A stretch of DNA of 46,226 nucleotides, from the NCBI GenBank assembly GCA_964580365.1, contig CAZOLL010000001.1, positions 1 through 46,226 of the forward strand. The letters are read 5' to 3'. Shown in pieces: positions 34,601 to 42,114 of the stretch (position 1 is its first letter; the number at the start of each line of letters is the position of its first letter). This DNA comes from an uncultured Phycisphaeraceae bacterium (lineage in GTDB: Bacteria > Planctomycetota > B15-G4 > JADJEK01). The position numbers and the translations under genes were made by a program. Under the pieces are notes generated by a model, which was not told the DNA's origin, did not search any database, and saw nothing but the letters and a program-made list of their open reading frames with translations.

Positions 34601-37600
34601 CCGTCGACGAGCGGCGACCAGGGACCGCCGGTGGTCTGGCGCGACGCCGAGGGCAAGATCGGCAAGCCGGGCGCGCTCTACGTGCTCGCCGGCAACGGCC
34701 GCATGATCGCGCTGCGCCGCTTCGCGCGGAAGTCGTTCGCCTACTCGACCGCGATGGCGGAGCAGGCGAAGAAGCTCGGCATCGACGTGAAGGAGCCGAA
34801 GGGCAAGGTGCTCGTCCGCATCCTCGACGACATGCCGTTCAAGGATGCGGCGAAGCTCGTCGGCAAGTTCCAGGGCGGCTCGAGCGCCCCCGAGGGTCGG
34901 TTCGAGCGCAGCCGCGGCGCGGCCGGAAAGGTCGGCCTCGAGAAGATGGGCGACGTCGTCGTGAAGTGGGCGCCGGATGGGCCGCTGAACGCGACGAACC
35001 TCGAGACGTTCGAGAAGAACAACCCCGACCTCGTGCGCAAGGTGTTCCCGGGCGCAGAGTCGGGCGTCGGTGTGGACGCCGAGGCGCGCGCGCAGCGGTA
35101 CAAGGACGTGCTGACCGGGATGCTGCCGCTCGACCTGCTCGACGCCGCGGCGCGGCTGCCGGAGCAGGTGCAGCAGGACATCTACGAGATGGCGCCGCAG
35201 CTCCACCGCTTCGCGGCTCTCGTGGTCGAGGGCAAGATCGACGATCGGTGGGACTTCATCCCCGACATGGCGCGCGCGATCACGGTGCTGCCGGAGATCC
35301 GCGAGCAGTTGAAGAACCTGAACCGCGCCGCGATGGGCGCGCTCCAGATCGAGCTCTTCAAGGGCGGCGGCGGGTCGTCGCTGCGCGACGTGGTGAGGGC
35401 GCTCGAGGGGCTCGGCGACGATCGCGCGCGCATGACGCTCGGCATCGCGATCGGGTGGAGCAAGGACCGCGACTCGGTCGGCTACATGGCGCGCCGCATC
35501 GCGGCGTACACGCAGCTCGCGCTCGACGGGTCGGCGAAGGCGCCGGCGACGATGTTCAAGATGTCGCACGAGACGAAGACCGGCGCGGTCGACTACGTCG
35601 CGGACTTGTTCAACAAGACGGTCAGCGAGCAGGCCACCGCTTTCCTCGAGCGCGTGCGCGCGAACCGCCGTACCCTCGATGCGGGCGTCGCGCTCGGAAA
35701 GCTCCAGAACAAGCTCTTCCCCGGCGTCGAGACGCTGAGTCCGAAGAACAAGCAGCACGCGGCCTACATCAAGTTCTACGACGAGATGATGGGCAAGGTT
35801 CGCGCGGGCGGCACGCTGGAGGAGCACGTCACGAACGCACTCGCCACCAAACCGACGAAGAACGCCGACTGGCTCGAGCTGCTCGAGGGATTCCTCCGCG
35901 GCGAGGCCAGCGAGGGAGAACTCCATGACATCGCAGCCCGGCACGAACCGTCTCGACCGACTCGCGAGCGCGGCGAGCGAAGCGAACCTGAACCCGAACG
36001 AGCTCCCGCTGGCGATGACGCCGCGGCGCGAGAGCCTGAACGACCTGTCGAGGATCGCGGCGAGCGAGAGCCCGGACATCGAGGAGCTGACGCAGGAGGC
36101 GCTGATGGACCTCGAGCGGAGCGGGCAAAGCGAATCAAGCACACCTACGTCCCCGCGCGAGCAGCAAGTGCTGAACGAATCCCTTCTGACCTTGTCCGAC
36201 ACCTAGACCAGCACCAGGTCGACGCGATCTCGCACGCTCTCGAGGCGCTGGACGCGGCCGACCCCGGGGCGCGCGGCTTCGTGATCGCGGACGGCACCGG
36301 CGTCGGGAAGACGCGCGAGATGCTCGCGGTCGCGGAGAAGTTCCGCCGCGAGGGCAAGGTGGTGGTGCTCGTTGGCCCGGCGAAGATCGGCCCGAAGGGC
36401 AAGCCGATCTACAAGAGCTCGCTGGCGAGCGAGGCGGAAGAGCTCGGCATCGCGCTCAACTGGGTGGCCGGCGGCACCGCCGCGCCCGGCCGCGTCAACA
36501 CGACTTCGTACTTCTGGCTCGACAAGGTCAAGGTGCCGAGCGGGGCGATCCTCCTGTTCGACGAGGCGCACGCGCTCAAGAACGCCGACTCCGGCCAGAC
36601 GAAGGCGGCGCTCGAGCTGATCAGCAAGGCCGACGCCGTCCTGTTCGCGTCCGCGACGATCATGGACAAGGCGGTGCACCTGCCGTACTTGGCGCGCGCT
36701 GGCGCGCTCGAGGGGCGCACCGTCGCCGAGCAGCTCGCGCACCTCGGGATGCGCCTCGAGGTCGAGCACCGCATCAACAAGAAGACGGGCAAGCCGTTCA
36801 AGCTCGAGCGGTGGATTCCCGACCCGAGGGCGCGAAGCCCGGACGGGAACCTGCGCGGCAGCCTCGAAGTGACGCGCCGCCAGGGAGAGCTCGTGCGGCG
36901 CATGGTCGCCAACGGCCGCGTGATCAAGCGCGAGATCGGCATGGAAGGCGTCTCGGTCACCGTCGACAACATCAAGCTCGGCGAGGCGTGGCAGGCCGTC
37001 GAGAACAAGCTGCGCGAGAAGTTCGACGGCAAGGTCTTGCAGATGCACGAGAGCATCCAGCAGGAGCCGTTCAAGATCCCGCACGTCGTCAAGATGGTGT
37101 CGGAGGAGCGCGCCGCCGGCCGCTCGGTGATCATCTTCGCCGCCCGCGTGAATGAGTCGGCCGCGGTGAAGCGCCGCTACACGAAGGAAGGCGAGGTCAT
37201 CGAAGAGGTCGTCCACCAGACCGAAGGCACGTTGAAGACGTTGCGCGAGAAGTTGATCGAGGCCGGCATCCCCGAGGCAGAGATCGGAGAGATTCACGGT
37301 GGCGTGAAGGCCGATGTGCAGGAGCGGAGTCGGGTCGAGTTCCAGAGCAACAAGCGCAAGGTGATCATCGCGACGGCCGAGTCTGGCGGGGCCGGCATCA
37401 ACCTCGACGACACGACGGGCAAGTTCCCGCGCACGATGATCGTGATGACGGCGCCGTACTCCGGCGTGACGAACGCGCAGGCGTGGGGCCGCATCTGGCG
37501 CCTCAACACGAAGGGCGACGCGCGGATTCGGTACGTCTACTCGGACAGCGCGACCGACGTGCGACGCGCGGCGATCGTCACCAAGAAGATGCTCCACCTC

Positions 37601-38191
37601 GGCGCGGCGCTCCAGGGCGAGCACAAGCGGCTGATGGAGGTCGTCGACGGGATGACCGACATCTCCGACGCGGCGATCGACCAAGTCCTCGGCGAAACCG
37701 TCGCGCACTCGAGCAAGCCGGACACGGTCGGCAAGCTGCCGGTCGCGCCGCTCGACACCGCCGCGGAGCGGGGCCTGATGAACGAGCTGCGCTACAAGTG
37801 GGCGAAGGGCGACAAGAACGCCCCGGTCCGCGTGAAGGCGCGCGTGCTCGACGCGGCAAAGGTCGTGGTCGAGAAGCTGCGCGGCATGGGCATCGACGCC
37901 ACGCTGCGCGAGTCGGACGGCATGGTCACGCTGAACCGCAAGTTCGCGAAGGAAGCCGAGCCGAGGGCGCAGGACATGATCCGAACCGAGAGCGTCGAAA
38001 CCGCGTCGGCCGAGTCGCTGCGCGAGATGGTGAAGCGGTCCGAGGAGATCAGCCCGCTCGAGCAGATCCAGGCGAAGCTCGCGATTCGGCTCGCCGAGCG
38101 GCCGGATGACGCCGAGTCGATCGCGCCGGTGCTCGACGAGCTGTCGGCGAAGATCGAGTCGCTGTACCGGAAGGGCAAGAAGCCGTGCTGA
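31694..38191 (+). CDS. Giant (2165 aa) polyvalent protein: glycine-zipper N-terminus, ParB/DdrB-like domain, SF2 (SNF2/strawberry-notch-like) helicase
   Basis: A single open frame. YPRELQNRNRE...VLAGNGRMIALRR is ParB-like. ADGTGVGKT (motif I), DEAHALKN (motif II) and QAWGRIWR (motif VI) mark the helicase. Codon bias drops between 35925 and 36206. Confidence 0.6.
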   Translation: MPGIGDQWYQQGLKQQQWRARHGDEPMPRPLDPQAIGRAAALEEMRREVEGWDPISRSLLAGSTSFAETASFGLLPRERIYRMAGGDPEMAALAGQAIREDEAAHPWTAGLASTAGGLYGMTTGAGLISKGLSRTALPLVGRYAPEGIAKGLAEPMTRQLARSATSFSVQQAVTRGGGQIAYRSATGQPQDYLESAGEAVRGGARGAVEGAVFPIAGQVARNIAGRVVRIKPGMQPTRLQSIGRDVIGESAFFAGLSAATAEPGHRLEAAGQGAIAGPLASIGSWGKKIRGEVPHEGLTPDEVATLGPQVAEAEVAGRGLQGANDFLNSTAALKKYGPVTPAARAALQADPQRFARLDPSMDRAKAPVFRPERVAAAPNPKVLADDPVVGSIYRAETTPADFRAFVDRQIPSFLMPSEPDTVLTPKEKATQAAFGELPQEALRRAGADVIQTKRGTIAFWPDLVSEVFRHKDSSSRVYLEGLLKRPITGKTKFTHGALAMSMTRLANNDALGEVLGYGVGHATKTGKDVAITGRDEQGYEVRTVLTTQEKKPEAIKGLMRAGAKRIEVRDPTQTPEIIGERVSTEITPEGPKLTGAPAIPETTTRTEPGPSRELPGRLMSRRAEDAQEMRRQEPMAVDSKGRVFTVGFVASGPSPGRMIEEVFGRHDTREAALAEVERENQTSATKAPLTVKPGRNPREWLTVRQIPFGEVGGLHQQKALADRGMWEIQSRAAEQQQRALERELDLAREQQRRALEREQQMAEMLPQPAGPGLPAPPEMKALPRPKGALIQHPAHFIAGETGPAQVTGSRSQPPRGAGTSRRRPAPEVAKALGRLDEIKAGLRGGTMKAADVQGEARQLMGRIDEIERGQRLEREPERIAKLTHAAPEAVQEGEKSVLYPNEFEQGGERFGVTYAVVRDKDIAVSHDDKTLARNPNYPRELQNRNREQDGPKIDVQVAGLREDPGRYALPSTSGDQGPPVVWRDAEGKIGKPGALYVLAGNGRMIALRRFARKSFAYSTAMAEQAKKLGIDVKEPKGKVLVRILDDMPFKDAAKLVGKFQGGSSAPEGRFERSRGAAGKVGLEKMGDVVVKWAPDGPLNATNLETFEKNNPDLVRKVFPGAESGVGVDAEARAQRYKDVLTGMLPLDLLDAAARLPEQVQQDIYEMAPQLHRFAALVVEGKIDDRWDFIPDMARAITVLPEIREQLKNLNRAAMGALQIELFKGGGGSSLRDVVRALEGLGDDRARMTLGIAIGWSKDRDSVGYMARRIAAYTQLALDGSAKAPATMFKMSHETKTGAVDYVADLFNKTVSEQATAFLERVRANRRTLDAGVALGKLQNKLFPGVETLSPKNKQHAAYIKFYDEMMGKVRAGGTLEEHVTNALATKPTKNADWLELLEGFLRGEASEGELHDIAARHEPSRPTRERGERSEPEPERAPAGDDAAAREPERPVEDRGEREPGHRGADAGGADGPRAERAKRIKHTYVPARAASAERIPSDLVRHLDQHQVDAISHALEALDAADPGARGFVIADGTGVGKTREMLAVAEKFRREGKVVVLVGPAKIGPKGKPIYKSSLASEAEELGIALNWVAGGTAAPGRVNTTSYFWLDKVKVPSGAILLFDEAHALKNADSGQTKAALELISKADAVLFASATIMDKAVHLPYLARAGALEGRTVAEQLAHLGMRLEVEHRINKKTGKPFKLERWIPDPRARSPDGNLRGSLEVTRRQGELVRRMVANGRVIKREIGMEGVSVTVDNIKLGEAWQAVENKLREKFDGKVLQMHESIQQEPFKIPHVVKMVSEERAAGRSVIIFAARVNESAAVKRRYTKEGEVIEEVVHQTEGTLKTLREKLIEAGIPEAEIGEIHGGVKADVQERSRVEFQSNKRKVIIATAESGGAGINLDDTTGKFPRTMIVMTAPYSGVTNAQAWGRIWRLNTKGDARIRYVYSDSATDVRRAAIVTKKMLHLGAALQGEHKRLMEVVDGMTDISDAAIDQVLGETVAHSSKPDTVGKLPVAPLDTAAERGLMNELRYKWAKGDKNAPVRVKARVLDAAKVVVEKLRGMGIDATLRESDGMVTLNRKFAKEAEPRAQDMIRTESVETASAESLREMVKRSEEISPLEQIQAKLAIRLAERPDDAESIAPVLDELSAKIESLYRKGKKPC
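35925..36206 (+). CDS. Embedded +1-frame ORF (93 aa) inside the linker of the giant ORF
   Basis: GGGAGA SD 5 nt before the ATG. Third positions are almost all G/C in this frame but only about half G/C in the giant-ORF frame over the same bases. Confidence 0.5.
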   Translation: MTSQPGTNRLDRLASAASEANLNPNELPLAMTPRRESLNDLSRIAASESPDIEELTQEALMDLERSGQSESSTPTSPREQQVLNESLLTLSDT

Positions 38192-40770
38192 AAGACCCTT
38201 GCGGATACGGCGAGCTGCTCGAGCCGGACGAGACGCGAATCTTGAAGCGTCTCAAGAAGAACGGCGTGAACGCCACGGCCGAGGAAGTCTTCCACGCGAT
38301 GAAGAACCGCGGCTCGTCGCTGTGGGAGATGAAGCTCAAGGACCCGAACGCCTTCGAGCGGCGCATGGACGCGGCGCACGAGAACCGGCTCGAGGCGCTG
38401 TCGCGGTTGCTCCACGACGTCCCGGTGATGCAGCCGTTCTTCCGCGGCCTCTCGCGCTGGCTCGGGCTCGGCCCCGCCGACCCGCAGTTCCGCGCGGAGA
38501 TGAAGAACTACGAGGGCCTCCAGCGCGAGCACGACGCCTTCATCAGCCGGCTCGAGCAGTTCGCGAAGACGACGCCGGCGAAGGAAGCCGAGCGCGTGTT
38601 CCTGGCTCTGCACTACCGCACCGAGCTCGCGGAGTCCGACCCGCTCGCGGAGACGAAGCGCGACATCGAGCACGCCTTCGAGCGGTACGCGGACACGTTC
38701 GTGCGCTCGGGGATGCTCTCGAGGAAGACGGTCGAGCAGTTCCAGAAGGAGGGCGCCGGCTACGTCCCGTTCACCTTCCCGCAACAGAAGGCGGAGATGG
38801 TCGGTGCGTGGGCGTCGCGGTTCTTCAAGACGCTCGGCGATCTCGCGCGTGGCAAGGCCGCGGCCGAGCAGAGCAAGGAGCCGGGCGGCGGGCGCATTCA
38901 CGTCCCCGGAGTCGGCGTCGTCGGCCGGCACGTCGTCCACGCGCAGGGCCGGTTCAAGGAGCGCACGATCCGCGATCTCCGCGAGGCCATCGCGAAGGGC
39001 CTCGACACGAGCGCGCGGCCGATCGTCGCCGGCGTCGCGCAGGAAGGGAAGGCGGCGGCGGCGCTCGAGTTCTTGCTCCGCGTCGCCGGCAAGAAGGAGT
39101 GGACCTGGAAGCCGAAGAAGAACGACGCGCCGCCGGCCGGCTTCATCGAGGTCAAGGGCCGCGAGTTCGGCCCGCTGAACGGCAAGTGGATCAGGAAGGA
39201 CATCGCCGGGTACGTGGTCGACATCGCGCAGCCGCGCAAGACCGGGCTGACCGAGGCGCTGTTCGCGCTGAACGCGCTGTTCAAGAAGTGGTCGGTGCTC
39301 GGGCGCCCGACGTCGTTCGTCACCGGCAACATCCTCGGCAACATCTTCATGTCGCGGATGCTCACGCCGTTCCACCGGCAGCCGGAGTACCTCAAGAAGG
39401 CGTTCGAGGCGATCCGCGAGTACCGCAAGACGAAGAAGGCGCCGCAGGCGATCGAGGATCTCGGCGACCTGTTCACGCCGCTCGGCGCGCGGTTCCTCGA
39501 AGACCTCGGCGACGTGGAAGAGACGTCGATCATGCGCGACGTCGCGGGCACCGGGAAGGAGTACGCGAAGAACTTCGCCGGCCGCTTCCTGATGCTGCTC
39601 GAGCACGAGTCGAACCGGACGCCGGACGGCACGATCAGCTTCGCGGGCGTGATCCGCGCGGTCGGCAACGCCGTCGGCTCCGTCGACCTGTCGGCCGGCT
39701 ACCTGCGGCGCGCGACCGGCGCCCGCGACGCGGTCCTGAGCGGGCAGCTCGCCGAGGAAGCGTGGACGCTGACCGACAACCTGTTCAAGGTCGCGAACTA
39801 CATGTACCTGCGCGAGCACGGGTCGTCGGACCTGTTCATCGGTGCGTTGCGCCGCGCGAAGGGGCTCGCGCCGAACGTCCCGTACGAGAAGGACGTCGCG
39901 CTCCAGAAGATCCGCGACCTGTGGGATCTCCGCGCGGTGCCGAAGGTCATCCGCGACTGGCGGCGCGCGCCGCTCGGCTACGCCTTCGTCACGTACCCGT
40001 ACATCGCGACGCGGCAGTTGCTCTTCAAGGGCGAGGTCTTCCGCAACCCGGTCGGCTCGTTCTTCTGGCTGATGCCCGCGGCGCTGATGCACGCGGCCTA
40101 TCAGGCGATCACGGGCGACGACGACGACGAGGTCAAGAAGAACCAGCTCCTCGCGGCCGGCGGGAACGAGTCGCTCGCGAGGCTGCTGACGCCGATCTTC
40201 AAGGATGCCGACGGGCGCGTGTGGCACTGGAACGTCGCGGGCGCCGGCGCGGCCGATCTCGTGCGCGGCGTGCTCGCGCCGACCGGCGGGATGATGGAGA
40301 CGGGCGCGGGCAACGACCTGATGCGCTGGCTGTTCTCGTCGAACCCGATGATGTCGACGGCGCTGCGCACCGCGGGCTGGTCGCCGTACACCGGGCGCCC
40401 CGATCCCGATTACCGCTGGTGGAACATGATGCTCGCCGCGTCGCCGGCGGGCGGGATTCAGGACCTCGTGCGCAAGGAAGCGTGGGCCGCGGAGGACGAG
40501 GCGAAGGGTCTGCCGCCACTGCGCACGGACACGGAGCGCGCGCTCGAGTGGGGCGGCTTGAAGACCGCGACGTCGGCGCCGCCGGGCACGCCGAGCTTCC
40601 GCCGGCAGGAGAAGCGCGCGAACCGCCGCCTCGCGGAGCAGGAGTTCTACAGCGAGGGCGGGCGCTCGATGGACATTCGCGTGCCGGAGAAGCCGGACGC
40701 CGAGGACGAGACGCTCATGGAGCGGTACCGGCGGTTGAGGTCGCGCACCTCGATCGGCGGCATGTCGTAG
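38185..40770 (+). CDS. Large (861 aa) internal-virion/ejection candidate
   Basis: The GTG start overlaps the preceding stop by 7 nt. Normal composition. Hydrophobic segments near the C-terminus. Confidence 0.6.
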   Translation: MLKDPCGYGELLEPDETRILKRLKKNGVNATAEEVFHAMKNRGSSLWEMKLKDPNAFERRMDAAHENRLEALSRLLHDVPVMQPFFRGLSRWLGLGPADPQFRAEMKNYEGLQREHDAFISRLEQFAKTTPAKEAERVFLALHYRTELAESDPLAETKRDIEHAFERYADTFVRSGMLSRKTVEQFQKEGAGYVPFTFPQQKAEMVGAWASRFFKTLGDLARGKAAAEQSKEPGGGRIHVPGVGVVGRHVVHAQGRFKERTIRDLREAIAKGLDTSARPIVAGVAQEGKAAAALEFLLRVAGKKEWTWKPKKNDAPPAGFIEVKGREFGPLNGKWIRKDIAGYVVDIAQPRKTGLTEALFALNALFKKWSVLGRPTSFVTGNILGNIFMSRMLTPFHRQPEYLKKAFEAIREYRKTKKAPQAIEDLGDLFTPLGARFLEDLGDVEETSIMRDVAGTGKEYAKNFAGRFLMLLEHESNRTPDGTISFAGVIRAVGNAVGSVDLSAGYLRRATGARDAVLSGQLAEEAWTLTDNLFKVANYMYLREHGSSDLFIGALRRAKGLAPNVPYEKDVALQKIRDLWDLRAVPKVIRDWRRAPLGYAFVTYPYIATRQLLFKGEVFRNPVGSFFWLMPAALMHAAYQAITGDDDDEVKKNQLLAAGGNESLARLLTPIFKDADGRVWHWNVAGAGAADLVRGVLAPTGGMMETGAGNDLMRWLFSSNPMMSTALRTAGWSPYTGRPDPDYRWWNMMLAASPAGGIQDLVRKEAWAAEDEAKGLPPLRTDTERALEWGGLKTATSAPPGTPSFRRQEKRANRRLAEQEFYSEGGRSMDIRVPEKPDAEDETLMERYRRLRSRTSIGGMS

Positions 40771-41021
40771 CGCTTGATCCTGATGCGGGTCCCGCCCGGA
40801 AACTCGATGAAGCTCCGGTCGCGGTGCGACGGGCAGAAGAACTCCGAGCGCGAGTAGCCCGCGTCGCCATCATCTGAGAACACGTCGGTGCGGCAGCCAC
40901 ACCGAAGGCTGAACGACCAAAGCGGCTTGAGGGGCGTGACCAACCCGAGCGCCTCCGCCTTGCGGTGCAGCAGCGAGGCCGCGGTGAGCACGACGGACGC
41001 GAGGAAGCCGCGGCGGTTCAT
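40647..41021 (-). CDS. Secreted protein with a twin-arginine (Tat) signal peptide
   Basis: MNRRGFLASVVLTAASLLHRKAEA, ATGA-coupled. The 3' end overlaps the convergent gene by 124 nt, so the true stop is uncertain. Confidence 0.5.
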   Translation of the reverse strand: MNRRGFLASVVLTAASLLHRKAEALGLVTPLKPLWSFSLRCGCRTDVFSDDGDAGYSRSEFFCPSHRDRSFIEFPGGTRIRIKRYDMPPIEVRDLNRRYRSMSVSSSASGFSGTRMSIERPPSL

Positions 41022-41323
41022 CGCTTCGGAATCTCGATCAGCGGGCACTCCGCGATCTCGTTCGGGATGAACAAGCACGCCCACCAGCGATCGTTGTACA
41101 CCCGCGCGCTCGCGATCGTGCGGTTCCAGTCGACGGCCTGCCCCATCACGTCCTCGGCCTCGTTGGGGTCGACGCGCTGAACCGCCGCGCGGACCTCCTC
41201 GATCTGCGCGACCGTCGCGGGGGCCGCGAGCTTCTCGGTGAGGGCGGCGATCGGCCCGGCGATGAGAAACAGGGCGGCGAGTCCGGCGACCACGAAACCG
41301 ACGAACAGCAATGCGTCTTTCAT
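41018..41323 (-). CDS. N-terminally membrane-anchored protein
   Basis: GGAGG SD. MKDALLFVGFVVAGLAALFLIAGPIAAL. Confidence 0.6.
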   Translation of the reverse strand: MKDALLFVGFVVAGLAALFLIAGPIAALTEKLAAPATVAQIEEVRAAVQRVDPNEAEDVMGQAVDWNRTIASARVYNDRWWACLFIPNEIAECPLIEIPKR

Positions 41324-41340
41324 CCGATCCTCCGAAGTGG

Positions 41341-41386
41341 TGCGGTATATTGTACCACACCGCGCGCGCCGTGCTAGGCTGAATCC
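41341..41386. promoter_or_regulatory. Divergent promoter/operator region
   Basis: The motif TGCGGTATATTGTACCAC lies at 41341-41358 (TACAAT on the minus strand). On the plus strand, TAGGCT-N6-ATG precedes the HTH gene, which would be leaderless. Confidence 0.5.
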
Positions 41387-41791
41387 ATGCCCCGCCCGTT
41401 CACGAAGATCGACACGCTCCTCGGCACCGCGCCGCTGCGCGGACGTGCTGGCGCGCGCGCGTTCGCCCGCGGCCGGTACGACCTCGAGTGGCTGTCGATG
41501 AAGACCGGGATGTCGTGCTGGACACTGCGCGAGATGCAAACCGGCCTTCGCCGGCGCCCGCGCTGGCCCTCGATCGAGATGGCGCGCATCATCGCCGCTG
41601 CGATGAAGTGCACCGAGGTCGAGCTCGTCGAGGAGCTGGCGGCGATGCGCGTGCGGTGGCACCTCCACTGCTACACCGTCCACCAGTCGACGGGCGTGGA
41701 CGACCAGATGAAGTGCGGCACGCCGGCGAACCCTCGTCAGCCGCCGGTGATCGCTGCGATGCAAGCTCTCGCTGACCACAAGGAGGAGTGA
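41387..41791 (+). CDS. XRE-like helix-turn-helix regulator
   Basis: LEWLSMKTGMSCWTLREMQTGLRRRPRWPSIEMARIIAAAM fits an HTH_XRE helix pattern. Confidence 0.5.
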   Translation: MPRPFTKIDTLLGTAPLRGRAGARAFARGRYDLEWLSMKTGMSCWTLREMQTGLRRRPRWPSIEMARIIAAAMKCTEVELVEELAAMRVRWHLHCYTVHQSTGVDDQMKCGTPANPRQPPVIAAMQALADHKEE

Positions 41792-42114
41792 TGTACGTCG
41801 TGTCCCAGGTCGAGCCGCTCCACGACAACGTGCTCGTGAAGCCGGAGATGGAGCCCGAGAAGGTCGGGGTGATCATCATGCCCGAGCAGTCGCGGCGCGA
41901 GCGCGCCGAGGGCGTCGTCATCGCGTGCGGCCCCGGTCGTCGCGGCGTGAACGGCGAGCTGATCCCGATGTCGGTGAAGGTCGGAGACAACGTGCTCTTC
42001 GGGAAGTACAGCGGCGCCGAGCAGGAAATCGGCGGAGAGAGCTACCGCATGATCCAAGACACCGAGATCATCGCGATCATCAAGGCGGTTCCGAGCGAGG
42101 AGGTTACGGTCTGA
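41791..42114 (+). CDS. groES: GroES/Cpn10 co-chaperonin homologue
   Basis: VEPLHDNVLVKPEMEPEKVGVIIMPE...GVVIACGPGRRGVNGELIPMSVKVGDNVLFGKYSGAE matches the Cpn10 pattern. AAGGAGGAG SD. Confidence 0.75.
   Translation: MYVVSQVEPLHDNVLVKPEMEPEKVGVIIMPEQSRRERAEGVVIACGPGRRGVNGELIPMSVKVGDNVLFGKYSGAEQEIGGESYRMIQDTEIIAIIKAVPSEEVTV

Noticed and set aside
29276-36202. 2308-aa minus-strand ORF antisense to the structural genes
   Set aside because: The product is dominated by R/A/L/G/P runs. It lies exactly antisense to well-formed plus-strand genes with SD sites and start/stop coupling. Long stop-free antisense frames are expected in such GC3-biased DNA.
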